From: Vicinamibacterales bacterium
Lineage (GTDB): Bacteria > Acidobacteriota > Vicinamibacteria > Vicinamibacterales > UBA8438
Length of the DNA: 64,000 nt
Reading direction: 5' to 3'
NCBI GenBank assembly: GCA_965247955.1
Contig: OZ252042.1
Coordinates: 2,032,323-2,096,322, forward strand
This document shows positions 27,423-36,892 of this stretch, in pieces. Each line of letters begins with the position of its first letter. Position 1 is the first letter of the stretch. The position numbers and the translations under genes are program-made. The notes under the pieces were generated by a model, which searched no databases, was not told where the DNA came from, and was given only the letters and a program-made list of their open reading frames with translations.

Positions 27423-30269
27423 GGGCCGATCAGCCTGGTCATTGCCGCCATCGCGGCGGTGTATCTGGCGTGGAAGCACTGGGACGTCATTGAGGTGATC
27501 GTGGGCCGGGTCTTCTCGGTCGTCAAAACGTGGCTGGTCGACAAGTTCGGCGGGATGGTGGTGTTCGTCAAAGACGCGCTCACGAGAGTCATTGGGTTCT
27601 ATGTCCGCTTGTATGGACCAATTTTCACAGCGGTGCGCAAGGTCTACTCGGCCATCAAGACATGGCTGGTTGACTATTTGATGGCGGCCGTCGAGCAGAT
27701 CAAGGGGGCGGTGGCGGCCGTTGTGGGGTTCTTCCGGCGCGCGAAACAGGAGGCCGACACGCGCCGGATGCGTGAGGAAGTCAAGGCTGCCGCGGACAGG
27801 TTCACGGAGATTGGGAAAGAAGCGAAGGCAGTGGAAGACCGCCTGCGCGGCTTCGGCAAGCGAATCAAGCTCAACCCGGCGGCCTTCCGAGAGATGTCGG
27901 CGCGTGCCGCGGAGATGCGCGCCGAAGTGGACCGCCTCGGGACGGGCGCGCCAGCCAGCCTCAAACGGCTTGAGGCGGCACTCGACACGGCCCGGAAGGA
28001 AATGGGACTGACCGCGCAGTCGGCCAGCACCTATACCGAGGCGCTGGCGAAGGTACACGAGGAGGTCGCCGGCATCACCGAGGCCATGGGCACCGAGATC
28101 CGCGCGGAGCAGAAGCTGGGCGTGTCACTGGAGGACCTCTCGAAGAAGTTCGGGATCTCCACCGAGGCCCTGAAGCTCTACCTGGACTCCCTCGATGAGG
28201 CTGACACGCAGGTCGGCGAGTTGAGTGACGCAGTCCAGACGCTCGTCGATCGGCTCCGAGGCACGGACACGATCCAGGCCGCCCACGACTGGGCCGCCGC
28301 CCTGGAACAGGTGGGGGGCCTGACGACACTCACCGACGACGAGACCACGCAGCTCGTCGGCACGCTCGAGACGGCGATCACCAAGTGGCGCGCGCTGGGC
28401 GAGGCCGTGCCCACCGAGATCTACCAGCGATTCATCGAGGCGACGACGCGCCTGCGCCAGGTGCCGCTGGCCGATCTGGGCCTCATCGGGACGCGGCTTG
28501 ACCCCGAGCAGTTCTTCAAGCCTCTTCAGCAGCTGACGCTCAGTGAAATCGGCCCGATCGGCATTCCGCTGGAGCCAGAAATCACGCCACGATTCCGCAC
28601 CAAAATTGAAAGCGCCTTTACCGGCTTCGGCGCGGAGATCGGGCAGACGTTCGCGCGGGCGCTGGAAGGCGGCGGGCAATGGCTCGGGGCGATCCAATCG
28701 CTCGGCGTGCAGGCGGGCGACCGGCTCGGGACGTTCCTGTCCAAGGGCCTGGGCAAGCGGCTAACCGAAGAGACCAGTGTCTTCTCGAAGGGGATCGGCA
28801 ACTTCTTTGGCAAAGCGATGGGACAGGCGATCCCCGTCATCGGCCCGCTCATTGGCGCCGGCATCGGGAAGCTGTTCGGAGCCTTCACGAAGCCCTCGGA
28901 GGCCGAGCTGGCTGCCCGGCAGCAGGTCGCCGACTACCAGCACACCATCATTGAGGGACTGTCTTCGTCGCAGCTGGCCGAAGCGGCCGCGGCGGCGCGC
29001 GGCGCGTGGGCGGGCGACGAGCAGGGCGCCCAGTTCGTCATCGGCGTGCGTGATGCGTACGTCGCCGCGGGCCGCAGCGCCGCCGCGGCGATCGTCGCGC
29101 GCTACTGGGCCGCCTCCAAGGACGGCGGGCCCGAGGCCGTCGCCGCCCTCGAAGCGCAGATCGAGGCCGTCGTTCAGGTGGGGCGCGAACAGCAGCAGCG
29201 GCTTGCCGAGCTCGGCGCGCTCAAAGAGGCCGGCCAGGCCGCGTTCAATTCGGCGCAGATTGAGCCGTACATCGAAAAGCTGCTCGAAACCGGCACGATC
29301 ACCCAGCAGCAAGCGAGCCAGTTGCGTGGACTGGCCGACGAGGCGCACGTCGACTACCAGACGATGCAGCAGGCGGCGGAGAAATACGGCGTCGAGCTCT
29401 CGGCGCTCGGGCCGGCCTTCGACCAGGCACGCATCTCGGAGGCGGCGGCCGTCATCGTGAAGGACTTTGAGCTGCTCACGCAGGAAGGCGCGAACGTCAA
29501 CGGCGTGCTCCGCGGGATGCAGGACGAAGTGCAAGACCTGGTGTCAGATGCGCTCACGGCCGGCGTCGCCATCCCTGAGGGGATGAGGCCCATCATCGAA
29601 TCGCTCATCGAGCAGGGCCGGTTGACGGACGAGAACGGCGAGAAGCTAACCGACGTCTCGCAGCTCACCTTCGCCGAACCGCTTGCGGCGAAGTTCGACA
29701 CGCTCATCGAGAAGCTGACCGCGCTCATCGAGAAGATCACCGGCCGCGGCGGCATCACCGAGGCGATTGCGGGCATTCCCCGCGATGTGGATGTCGGCGT
29801 CGACGTGCGCTACCGCGAACATGGCCGCCCGGACGACTTCGGCGAGATGGAGATCGCCTTTGCCCAACACGGCACGCCCTTCCGGCACTTTGGCCGTGGG
29901 ACGCCGGCCGTGCTGCATGGGCTCGAGCGCGTCATGACGGGGATGGAAGGGCGGGGCATTGCGGCCGCGCTCGGGCGCATCCAGCAGGGGCTCGGGGCCA
30001 TTGCGGATCTGAGCGGCGTGCGGGCGCTCGCCGAGGGCGGGTTGGTGACGCGGCCGACGCTGGCCCTGCTCGGCGAGCGCGGGACCGAAGCCGTGATTCC
30101 ACACCACGCGCTCGCCGAGGCCGGCGGACGTGCGGCGGCGGACCGGCAGGCCCTCGATCGCCAACTGGACGAGCTGCGCGAGCTACGGCGCGTGCTGAAA
30201 CGGCAGGAGGCGGACTTGCCGTTCCGTCTGGGCCGCGTGGTGCGGGATGCCGTCGTGGAGGGCCGGTAA
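27411..30269 (+). CDS. Tail tape measure protein, 5'-truncated (junction at 27422/27423)
   Basis: ~950 aa. Hydrophobic repeat segment, long coiled-coil Ala/Glu/Leu-rich body, C-terminal ...AEGGLVTRPTLALLGERGTEAVIPH motif. No native N-terminus. Confidence 0.75.
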   Translation: MMAKGPISLVIAAIAAVYLAWKHWDVIEVIVGRVFSVVKTWLVDKFGGMVVFVKDALTRVIGFYVRLYGPIFTAVRKVYSAIKTWLVDYLMAAVEQIKGAVAAVVGFFRRAKQEADTRRMREEVKAAADRFTEIGKEAKAVEDRLRGFGKRIKLNPAAFREMSARAAEMRAEVDRLGTGAPASLKRLEAALDTARKEMGLTAQSASTYTEALAKVHEEVAGITEAMGTEIRAEQKLGVSLEDLSKKFGISTEALKLYLDSLDEADTQVGELSDAVQTLVDRLRGTDTIQAAHDWAAALEQVGGLTTLTDDETTQLVGTLETAITKWRALGEAVPTEIYQRFIEATTRLRQVPLADLGLIGTRLDPEQFFKPLQQLTLSEIGPIGIPLEPEITPRFRTKIESAFTGFGAEIGQTFARALEGGGQWLGAIQSLGVQAGDRLGTFLSKGLGKRLTEETSVFSKGIGNFFGKAMGQAIPVIGPLIGAGIGKLFGAFTKPSEAELAARQQVADYQHTIIEGLSSSQLAEAAAAARGAWAGDEQGAQFVIGVRDAYVAAGRSAAAAIVARYWAASKDGGPEAVAALEAQIEAVVQVGREQQQRLAELGALKEAGQAAFNSAQIEPYIEKLLETGTITQQQASQLRGLADEAHVDYQTMQQAAEKYGVELSALGPAFDQARISEAAAVIVKDFELLTQEGANVNGVLRGMQDEVQDLVSDALTAGVAIPEGMRPIIESLIEQGRLTDENGEKLTDVSQLTFAEPLAAKFDTLIEKLTALIEKITGRGGITEAIAGIPRDVDVGVDVRYREHGRPDDFGEMEIAFAQHGTPFRHFGRGTPAVLHGLERVMTGMEGRGIAAALGRIQQGLGAIADLSGVRALAEGGLVTRPTLALLGERGTEAVIPHHALAEAGGRAAADRQALDRQLDELRELRRVLKRQEADLPFRLGRVVRDAVVEGR

Positions 30270-30273
30270 GCCG

Positions 30274-31818
30274 ATGGGGGCGAGCCCGATCGTGATACAG
30301 CCGCAGTTGGCCTTGACACCGGACGTGTGGACGGACGTCAGCACGGACGTCGTGCAGGCGGATCAGATCCGCGTGAGCTACGGGATCCGAAGCAGCGGGC
30401 CGCTCGACCGCGTGGCGCAGACCGGGGTGGGGCTGTTCTCGATGCGCAACGATGCGGGGAACGCGGCCGGGGTGCAGGGCACCTACTCGCCGAATCACTC
30501 GGCCGCGCGCGCCGGCTTCGGCTATGGCACCGGATTCCGCCTGGCCGTGACGTATGACGGGACGACCTACTACAAGTTTCGCGGCCGGATCGTCGAGATC
30601 GATCCGGTGGCGGGCCAGTACGGCCTGCAGCGCACGCGGTGCCGCGCGGTGGACTGGCTGGAGGACCTGGCCGCGTTTCAGGTGCGGCGCGTCGCGGCGC
30701 AACGCGACCAGCGGGCGGACGACCTGCTGACGACGCTCATCACCGCCATGCCGAGCACGGCGCGCCCCGCCGCGCAGATTTTGGACCGCGGCACGGAGCC
30801 CTATCCGTACGCGTTCTACGACCTCGGCGGCGGGACGTCTGGGCGGGCGGTCGCGCAGAAGCTGATGCAGAGCGAGTTGGGACACCTTGCCGTCATCGGG
30901 GATACGACGCAGGGTGGGACCCTGCGGTTCTTTAATCGCCACCACCGCGCCACGGCCGACAGTGCCGTCACGGTGTCCAACACCATGCACGGCCTGCGGG
31001 TGCCGTCGGCGATCGATCAGGCCTTCAACGACGTACGCGTGACGATCAATCCCGTCCGGGTCGACCAGGCGGCCACGACCGTGTTGTGGGCCTTGACGAC
31101 CGAGCCGGCGAGCAGCCGGCCGGTGATTCCGGCGGGCCAGTCGCGGACGTTCTGGGGGGACTATCACGACCCCGACCGCGAGGCCCAGCTGATCGGCGGC
31201 ACGGACCAAGTCGCCCCGGTGGCCACGACCGATTACGCGGCGAACGCCGCGCAGGACGGCACCGGGGCCGACCTGACCGCGTCGTTCACCGTGGCGGCGT
31301 CGTTCTTTGGCGGCAGCGTGCAATTCGTTGTCACGAACACGGCGGCCGTCGACGGCACGCTCACGAAGCTCCAGTGTCGGGGGAAGGCCATCGAGGCGGT
31401 GGCGTCGCTCACGTTCGAGGCGTCGAGTGCGCAACCGTACGGCGAGCGCAGCCTGCGGCTGAACATGCCTTATCAGGTCGACCCCGAGGTCGGCCAAGGG
31501 GCGGCCACGTATCTGGAGGCGGTCTACCACGCCTTAGGGCAGCAGGTGACGTCGCTCACGATCCTCGCGAACGCCTCCGACACGCTGCTGACGCAGGCGC
31601 TCGCCCGCGAGCCGGGCGACCGGATCACCATTACGGAGACCGTGACGGGGCTGGCGATGGTGGACGCCTTCATTCAGGGCGTGGATTTGACGGTGGGCCC
31701 GGGCGATCTGGTGCGGTGCACGTGGCACCTGGCGCCGGCCGTGGACGGCGAGTTCTGGATTCTCGATGACCCGGTGGCCTCGGTGCTCGGGGTGTCGACG
31801 GTGTTGGGGTACGCGTGA
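30274..31818 (+). CDS. Distal tail / tail-tip protein
   Basis: 514 aa immediately after the tape measure gene. Assigned by position only. Confidence 0.5.
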   Translation: MGASPIVIQPQLALTPDVWTDVSTDVVQADQIRVSYGIRSSGPLDRVAQTGVGLFSMRNDAGNAAGVQGTYSPNHSAARAGFGYGTGFRLAVTYDGTTYYKFRGRIVEIDPVAGQYGLQRTRCRAVDWLEDLAAFQVRRVAAQRDQRADDLLTTLITAMPSTARPAAQILDRGTEPYPYAFYDLGGGTSGRAVAQKLMQSELGHLAVIGDTTQGGTLRFFNRHHRATADSAVTVSNTMHGLRVPSAIDQAFNDVRVTINPVRVDQAATTVLWALTTEPASSRPVIPAGQSRTFWGDYHDPDREAQLIGGTDQVAPVATTDYAANAAQDGTGADLTASFTVAASFFGGSVQFVVTNTAAVDGTLTKLQCRGKAIEAVASLTFEASSAQPYGERSLRLNMPYQVDPEVGQGAATYLEAVYHALGQQVTSLTILANASDTLLTQALAREPGDRITITETVTGLAMVDAFIQGVDLTVGPGDLVRCTWHLAPAVDGEFWILDDPVASVLGVSTVLGYA

Positions 31819-32219
31819 GGGGGCTGCCGCGCTGGACCTATCGTGATGGGCATCTCGTGCGGGACAGCGCGGCGTACGCGGCGGCGCAGGCGCGCGCGAT
31901 CGGCACACTCCGGGCACGGGGCCGCGATGTCGCGGTGTCCACGTCGCTCGATCCGATCGTGGCGCGGATCAATGAGAACCGGTGGATCGTCGACTGCGGG
32001 TGTGGCTCAGGCTGCTACGTCGATCTCGACGCCGGGACGCCGGTCGTCGCGCGCTGCTTTTACTGCGGGGCGATCCATACGCAGGTCGTGCTGCCCGCGA
32101 ACCGCACGGCCCTCGAAGCCGCGCTCCTCAGACGCCCGCGCGCCGCGACCCGGCACTGGCGGCCAGGCGAGACGGTCGCGGCGCTCGAGGCGGAGAATGC
32201 CGCACATGGGTGTGCCTGA
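31815..32219 (+). CDS. Hypothetical tail-module protein with Cys cluster
   Basis: GTGA overlap with the upstream gene. ...WIVDCGCGSGCYVD...RCFYCG. Confidence 0.45.
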   Translation: MRGLPRWTYRDGHLVRDSAAYAAAQARAIGTLRARGRDVAVSTSLDPIVARINENRWIVDCGCGSGCYVDLDAGTPVVARCFYCGAIHTQVVLPANRTALEAALLRRPRAATRHWRPGETVAALEAENAAHGCA

Positions 32220-32800
32220 TGGCGTGGACGCAACCGCGCACGTGGGTGGCCGGGGAGCTGGTGACCGCCGCCAGCATGAATACCCACGTGCGCGACCAGC
32301 TGCTGGCGATCGCGGAGGGCACCGCGACCCTGGACCACGTCACCCTGGACGGGCAGACGACGGCGCCAGCCGTCGCGCCGAGTGGCGACGGGCGGATCTA
32401 TTTCGACGCCGGGGCGGACCTGCTCAAAGCCTCGGTCGATGGCGGGGCGTATCGCCCGCTGGGCGGAGGCACGGTGTGGCCGCTGGGGGGGCATCCGGAC
32501 TTCCAACAGACCAGCGGCGCCTTCGAGGGCCTCTACGGGGCGGAAGTCCTCCAGCCGAGCTATGCGCGCACCGGGACCGTGCATGCGATGGCGCGGGTCG
32601 ACGGCGGCACCGGGCAGCTCCGCGTCTACAACGTGACGGACGCGGCCCTCGTCGGCACGGCGTGGGACGTGACGAACACGACCGTCGCCCTGGTCATCAG
32701 TGGGGAGCTGACGCTCGCGGCCGACACGCAGTATCGCGTCGAGGCGAAGCGGGGGACGACGTGGATCAAGGTCTGGGGCGCAAAGTTCGTGGAGAGCTAA
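32219..32800 (+). CDS. Tail-associated protein
   Basis: ATG overlaps the previous TGA. N-terminus MAWTQPRTWVAGELVTAASMNTHVRDQL is typical of small phage fibre/baseplate-associated proteins. Confidence 0.45.
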   Translation: MAWTQPRTWVAGELVTAASMNTHVRDQLLAIAEGTATLDHVTLDGQTTAPAVAPSGDGRIYFDAGADLLKASVDGGAYRPLGGGTVWPLGGHPDFQQTSGAFEGLYGAEVLQPSYARTGTVHAMARVDGGTGQLRVYNVTDAALVGTAWDVTNTTVALVISGELTLAADTQYRVEAKRGTTWIKVWGAKFVES

Positions 32801-32813
32801 GGAGGAAAACACG

Positions 32814-33530
32814 ATGCCAGCAGCTCGTATCGCGCGCAGTGCACTGATCGCCGCGGTCGCCGGCCTGATCGGCGGCCTGGGGGGCGCGCTCATCGCGCAG
32901 CCCGCCGGGCGGTTCATCCACCCGACCGCCGTCACGATTGCGAACACCGCGGCCGACGCGCTCGATGTCTCGGGCGGGGCGCAGTTCGGGAGCGGCGACG
33001 TCGCGCTGGTCGGCACGGACGGCAAGATCAACGGGCCGCTGTCCACCACGATCCTCGACGACCTCGACGGCGCCAACCTGACGGACCTGGATGCGTCGAA
33101 TCTCGACAGCGGCACGATGCCGATGGCGCGGATGCCGGACAATGTCCTCGTCGACGCCGTGTTCGACACCGACGCGGCGGTCACGACCAGCACGACGAGC
33201 ACCTGGGTCGATACGGGGCTCAGCCTCACGATCACCGTCGACAACGCGACCAATGACGTGGTGCTGATGGTCTGGCAGCACATCTCCTCGTCGGGCGCCA
33301 ATACGAACTGCCAGCTCCGATTCATGCGGGGCACGACGGCGCTGACCACCACCGCCACGAAGGCCAATGGCGACCACTTTAAAGCCGTGCATATCGAGGA
33401 AGACGCCAACCCCGGCAGTGGCGCTCACACCTATAAGACGCAGCTCAACCACACCGGCACCACCGGCACGTGCTATACCGAGGAGAACTCCAAGCAGTCC
33501 GTCCTGTGGGCCTATGAGATGCAGGACTAA
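32814..33530 (+). CDS. Tail fibre protein
   Basis: RBS aaggagg. ...GANLTDLDASNLDSGTMPMARMP... fibre N-terminal motif. Thr/Ser-rich C-terminal domain. Confidence 0.6.
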   Translation: MPAARIARSALIAAVAGLIGGLGGALIAQPAGRFIHPTAVTIANTAADALDVSGGAQFGSGDVALVGTDGKINGPLSTTILDDLDGANLTDLDASNLDSGTMPMARMPDNVLVDAVFDTDAAVTTSTTSTWVDTGLSLTITVDNATNDVVLMVWQHISSSGANTNCQLRFMRGTTALTTTATKANGDHFKAVHIEEDANPGSGAHTYKTQLNHTGTTGTCYTEENSKQSVLWAYEMQD

Positions 33531-33541
33531 GGGGGCGCGCG

Positions 33542-33775
33542 ATGACGGAAGTGCAGCACGCGCTCACGGCGGCGTTCGGACCCATCGAGCGGCGGCTTGA
33601 CGGCATCGAGCGGCGGCAGATTGCGCAGGGCGAGCTGATCGCCCGGCTCGATGAGCGGTTCCCGAAGCCGCGGTGGAACGGGCACGCGAAGCCGGCCGTC
33701 TCGGGGGCGGCGCTGATGGGGGTGATCTGGGCGCTGGTCGAGGTCATCAAGACGATGGCTGCTGCCACGCCGTAG
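33542..33775 (+). CDS. Small protein with C-terminal TM helix
   Basis: ...AVSGAALMGVIWALVEVIKTMAAA. 77 aa. Confidence 0.4.
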   Translation: MTEVQHALTAAFGPIERRLDGIERRQIAQGELIARLDERFPKPRWNGHAKPAVSGAALMGVIWALVEVIKTMAAATP

Positions 33776-33886
33776 CAGAGGGACGAGTCGGACACGAGAT
33801 GTCATAACGAACCTCGGTCGTTTCTAGGGTAGCGCCCGAAGCCGCCTGGCCAGGCGGGGAACGACCATCACAGGGCCACGAGAGCG

Positions 33887-33940
33887 AGGCCGTCTCTCTG
33901 AGGGTGCACGTCACCCTCGGGTGAGGCGGCCTTTGTTCTT
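33887..33940 (+). terminator. Compound hairpin followed by a T-rich tract
   Basis: Outer stem aggccg/cggcct (33887-33892/33927-33932). Inner stem gagggtg/caccctc (33900-33906/33912-33918). Then ttgttctt. Confidence 0.5.
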
Positions 33941-33972
33941 GGTGGTGACACAGGGGAAAGGAGCACGACGCG

Positions 33973-34437
33973 ATGGACGGACAACACGACGAACCCCGGC
34001 GCTCACGACGCGTGATCGCGGGGCTGGAGGCGGCCCTGCTGGCGCTGTGGCTTGGCGGGGGCACCGCCTGGGCGCAGGCGCCCCCGGTGGAGGCGGTCGC
34101 CCTGGGCGACGTGACGCTGCCCCAGGCCGTGCGCGCCGATGGCGTGCCTCTGCCCCCAGGCGCCTACGAGCTCCGCCTGACCGGCGAGGCCGTCCCGTCC
34201 GTGGTAGGCCAGACCGACGGCGCCGCGCGCTGGGTCGCGTTCTGCCACGAGGACACCGTCGCCGGGCGTGCGCTGGCCACGCGCATTCCCGCCCACGCGA
34301 TCGGGGCCGTGGCCAACGGCTCGCCCCCACGGGAGGGCGAAACGCGGGTCGAGCGGCTGCGGGGCGGCGACTATCTGCGGATCTGGCTCCATCGAGACGG
34401 CGTGCACTACCTGCTGCACCTGCCGCTGGGGCGATAA
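33973..34437 (+). CDS. Secreted protein of unknown function (moron-like)
   Basis: RBS aaaggag. Signal peptide ...VIAGLEAALLALWLGGGTAWAQA. Confidence 0.55.
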   Translation: MDGQHDEPRRSRRVIAGLEAALLALWLGGGTAWAQAPPVEAVALGDVTLPQAVRADGVPLPPGAYELRLTGEAVPSVVGQTDGAARWVAFCHEDTVAGRALATRIPAHAIGAVANGSPPREGETRVERLRGGDYLRIWLHRDGVHYLLHLPLGR

Positions 34438-34454
34438 GGGAGGACGAGGGACGT

Positions 34455-34664
34455 ATGGAGAAACGACAACTGCTCGGTGTCGTGCTCGTGGCGGGCCTGC
34501 TGCTCAGCGGCTGCGCCGTGCGGACGCAGTTTCAGGGCTGCCTCATCCGCTGCCCGGACATGACGAAGGACCCGGACCAACTCGAGGCCGAAGGCGCGCG
34601 CGATCGGACGCTGGCGCAGGTCTCACGCTGGGCGCCGCTCGCGCCTGTGGAGGACGCACAATGA
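34455..34664 (+). CDS. Small lipoprotein
   Basis: MEKRQLLGVVLVAGLLLSGC lipobox. RBS ggaggacgaggg. Confidence 0.55.
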   Translation: MEKRQLLGVVLVAGLLLSGCAVRTQFQGCLIRCPDMTKDPDQLEAEGARDRTLAQVSRWAPLAPVEDAQ

Positions 34665-35251
34665 CACGACAACGCTCACGTTTCATGCGGCTGGTGCCGG
34701 CGATGGGCCTGGTCGGGGGCCTGTGCCTGCTGGCGGCCTGCCAGTTCCCGACGAACCCCAGCCCCCCGTGCGTGGTGGTGGGGTCCGGCTCGGGCACCCC
34801 GACTCCGATCACGGTCAACATTGATCATTGCGGTCCCGCGAACATCCTCAATAACCGACCCGGCCCGGTCACGGCCGGCGGGGGCACCGGCGGAGAGGGC
34901 GGCGACGGCGGCCAGGGGGATGAGGGGACCCCTCCGGTCGAGGGGAGCAGCACGGGTCCCCCGGCCATTACGCCATCGGGCATGAATGCGGACGGCGCCG
35001 TGCTCTACCAGATCGGGCCGGGCCAGACGTTCGTACGCACGGGCGGCGACGCCAACACGGTCTGGTGCCGGCCGGCCTCGGACTGCAACGGTGAGGGCGG
35101 CAATCGCACGCCCCGAAATATGGCGAGTCCGCCGGGGGCGTGGATCGCGGAGGGGCATGCGTTCTTTCGCCGGTCGGGCACGGTGGGAACGATGGTCACG
35201 TTCACGGTGGACGGCGCCACGCTCACGCACGAGTTTTCAACAGGAGGATAG
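34661..35251 (+). CDS. Lipoprotein with Gly/Pro-rich linker
   Basis: ATGA overlap. ...MGLVGGLCLLAAC lipobox. GGGTGGEGGDGGQGDEG linker. Confidence 0.55.
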   Translation: MTRQRSRFMRLVPAMGLVGGLCLLAACQFPTNPSPPCVVVGSGSGTPTPITVNIDHCGPANILNNRPGPVTAGGGTGGEGGDGGQGDEGTPPVEGSSTGPPAITPSGMNADGAVLYQIGPGQTFVRTGGDANTVWCRPASDCNGEGGNRTPRNMASPPGAWIAEGHAFFRRSGTVGTMVTFTVDGATLTHEFSTGG

Positions 35252-35253
35252 CC

Positions 35254-35403
35254 ATGCCACGACAGACCGACACGTCGTTTGAGCAGCATACCGACTCGTT
35301 CTTATTCACCCTGGCCAACAAGGGCTACACGGGGCGGGCGGTCGTGATCGTCATGACCGCCGTCTTCGTGCTGGGCGTCATCGTCGGCGCGCGAGTGTTT
35401 TGA
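35254..35403 (+). CDS. Small TM protein of the lysis cassette
   Basis: RBS aggagga plus ATG 35254. ...GRAVVIVMTAVFVLGVIVGARVF. Confidence 0.4.
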   Translation: MPRQTDTSFEQHTDSFLFTLANKGYTGRAVVIVMTAVFVLGVIVGARVF

Positions 35404-35792
35404 TGGCGATCATTGGCGCGATCGCGGCACTGCTGCCCCTGATTGAAAAGCTCATCCCTGATAAGGATGCGCGAGAGAAGGCCACGGCCGAGCTGAATCG
35501 GCTTGATCAGGCGGGCGAGCTGCAAGTGATGCTCGCCCAGATCGTGGCGAATCGATCTGAGGGCCGACACGCCTCGATGTTCGTCTCGGGCTGGCGGCCC
35601 ATGGTGGGGTGGATTTGCGCCGTCGCGCTGGGCAACAACTTTCTGATCGTGCCCTACGTGGACGCGGTGCAGCCACTCGACATGGGCGTGATGATGCCGA
35701 TCCTGATGGGGATGCTCGGGCTCGGCGGCATGCGCACGTGGGAGCGGCTCAGCGGGAAGGAGCGTCAGCGGATCAATGAGTCTAACAGCTGA
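35403..35792 (+). CDS. Holin (three-TM holin family)
   Basis: ...SMFVSGWRPMVGWICAVALGNNFLIVP...ILMGMLGLGGMRTWERLSG matches the 3-TM holin pattern. Directly upstream of the endolysin. Confidence 0.7.
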   Translation: MAIIGAIAALLPLIEKLIPDKDAREKATAELNRLDQAGELQVMLAQIVANRSEGRHASMFVSGWRPMVGWICAVALGNNFLIVPYVDAVQPLDMGVMMPILMGMLGLGGMRTWERLSGKERQRINESNS

Positions 35793-35804
35793 TACGCTGG
35801 TCCG

Positions 35805-36314
35805 ATGACGATCGACCAGATCCTCGACGACCTGATTCGACGTGAGGGCGGCTACGTCCACGACCCGGCGGACCGGGGCGGGCCGACCAAGTACGGCATT
35901 ACGCAGCGGACACTGCGAGCGTGGCGCGGCCACCCCGTGATTCCCGGCGACGTGCGCGCGATGACGCAGAGCGAGGCGCGGGCGATCTACCAGCGCCGGT
36001 ATGTGGACGAGCCCGGATTCGCCAGGCTCCCCGATCCGCTGCGCGCACAGGTGGTCGATGACGGCGTGCTCTCGGGGCCGCGCCAGGCCGTGAAGAATCT
36101 GCAACGGGCGATCGGCGGCGTCACGGTCGACGGCCGGCTCGGCCCGAAGACGCGCGCGGCGCTGCGGCAGCAGGGCGTGGCCGCCGTGCATGCCCAGCTC
36201 ATCCAGGTGCGGGCGGCGCGCATCGGGCGGATCGTCCACCGCGACCCGTCCCAGGCCCGGTTTCTCACAAGCTGGCTCGCGCGCATTACCGCCTTCGCGG
36301 AGGACCTGGCATGA
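35805..36314 (+). CDS. Endolysin, glycoside hydrolase family 108 with peptidoglycan-binding C-terminus
   Basis: ...LIRREGGYVHDPADRGGPTKYGIT... (GH108 catalytic EGGY motif) and ...VDGRLGPKTRAAL... (PG_binding_3-like). Confidence 0.85.
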   Translation: MTIDQILDDLIRREGGYVHDPADRGGPTKYGITQRTLRAWRGHPVIPGDVRAMTQSEARAIYQRRYVDEPGFARLPDPLRAQVVDDGVLSGPRQAVKNLQRAIGGVTVDGRLGPKTRAALRQQGVAAVHAQLIQVRAARIGRIVHRDPSQARFLTSWLARITAFAEDLA

Positions 36315-36514
36315 CGCCATCGGAGAAGCCGAACGATGCCAACGCGGCGACGGCGGTTGTCGCTGTCGGGTTGATAGTCGCCGGGGTCGACTGCTTCCTG
36401 TATGTGGCATGGGTGCTGGGCGGCTGGACCGGTGTGGTGGCGTTGGGCGGCGTGCTCTGCCTCATGCTGGCCTGCACCGCAGCACACGCATATGAGACGG
36501 GCAGGACAGACTAA
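36311..36514 (+). CDS. Two-TM membrane protein (lysis accessory?)
   Basis: ATGA overlap with the endolysin. AVVAVGLIVAGVDCFLYVAWVLGGWTGVVALGGVLCLMLA. Confidence 0.45.
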   Translation: MTPSEKPNDANAATAVVAVGLIVAGVDCFLYVAWVLGGWTGVVALGGVLCLMLACTAAHAYETGRTD

Positions 36515-36620
36515 GCTGACGCGCTCGCATCGCCGCTACCGCCATCTTCGGGACCGCGTCCGTCTCGACCAGCCGCTCTGCCCACATTGCCAGGCGAACG
36601 GCGATTTGCTCTGGACCTAG
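36492..36620 (+). pseudogene. HNH endonuclease, N-terminal fragment
   Basis: MRRAGQTKLTRSHRRYRHLRDRVRLDQPLCPHCQANG... parallels the first ~37 aa of 8547-8828 (MRQTTRSHRRYRQLRARVRRDHPLCAHCAAHG) and then stops. Confidence 0.55.
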
Positions 36621-36674
36621 CCGATCAGACGTGAGGAGCGGGGCCGGCCGCTGGGAGCACAGGCTTCCCCGAAC

Positions 36675-36842
36675 GAGCCTGTGAGGCTGGTGCCCGCTCT
36701 CTCGCAGTGGTCGGGAGGCAGGTCGTCGTGCCGGTCGGAGCCTGTGAGGCTGAGTGAGCACCGGTGCGCACGTGTATAAGGTGCGCACGGATATAGTAAG
36801 GTTAGGGGTGAAAGTATTAGCCAAAGTTGCATAAAAGTTGCA
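36675..36842. repeat. Cluster of short duplicated motifs in the AT-rich right arm
   Basis: gagcctgtgaggctg x2 (36675, 36738). ggtgcgcacg x2 (36763, 36780). aaagttgca x2 (36823, 36834). Confidence 0.65.
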
Positions 36843-36892
36843 CGACGATATTATTGGTCGAAACTACTATCTAAATACACTATTTGGTGGGT

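Noticed and set aside
1349-36487. Numerous long ORFs antisense to, or offset from, the called phage genes (for example 1349-1993, 6215-7324, 11993-13042, 13522-14742, 15752-16861, 29932-31530, 32060-33409, 35325-36410)
   Set aside because: They are extremely Arg/Pro/Gly/Ala-rich with no motifs, and they lie opposite genes with clear family signatures. This is the typical stop-codon-poor shadow-frame effect in high-GC DNA.
8821-36818. Shared 12-mer ggggtgaaagta after the full HNH gene (8822) and near the right arm (36806), as a possible cos or end signature
   Set aside because: A 12-nt match is expected by chance many times in a 64-kb self-comparison, and the flanks do not align. The G9 run at 8817-8825 and the 8829-8896 gap remain a reasonable place to look for cos, but I cannot support that from sequence alone.
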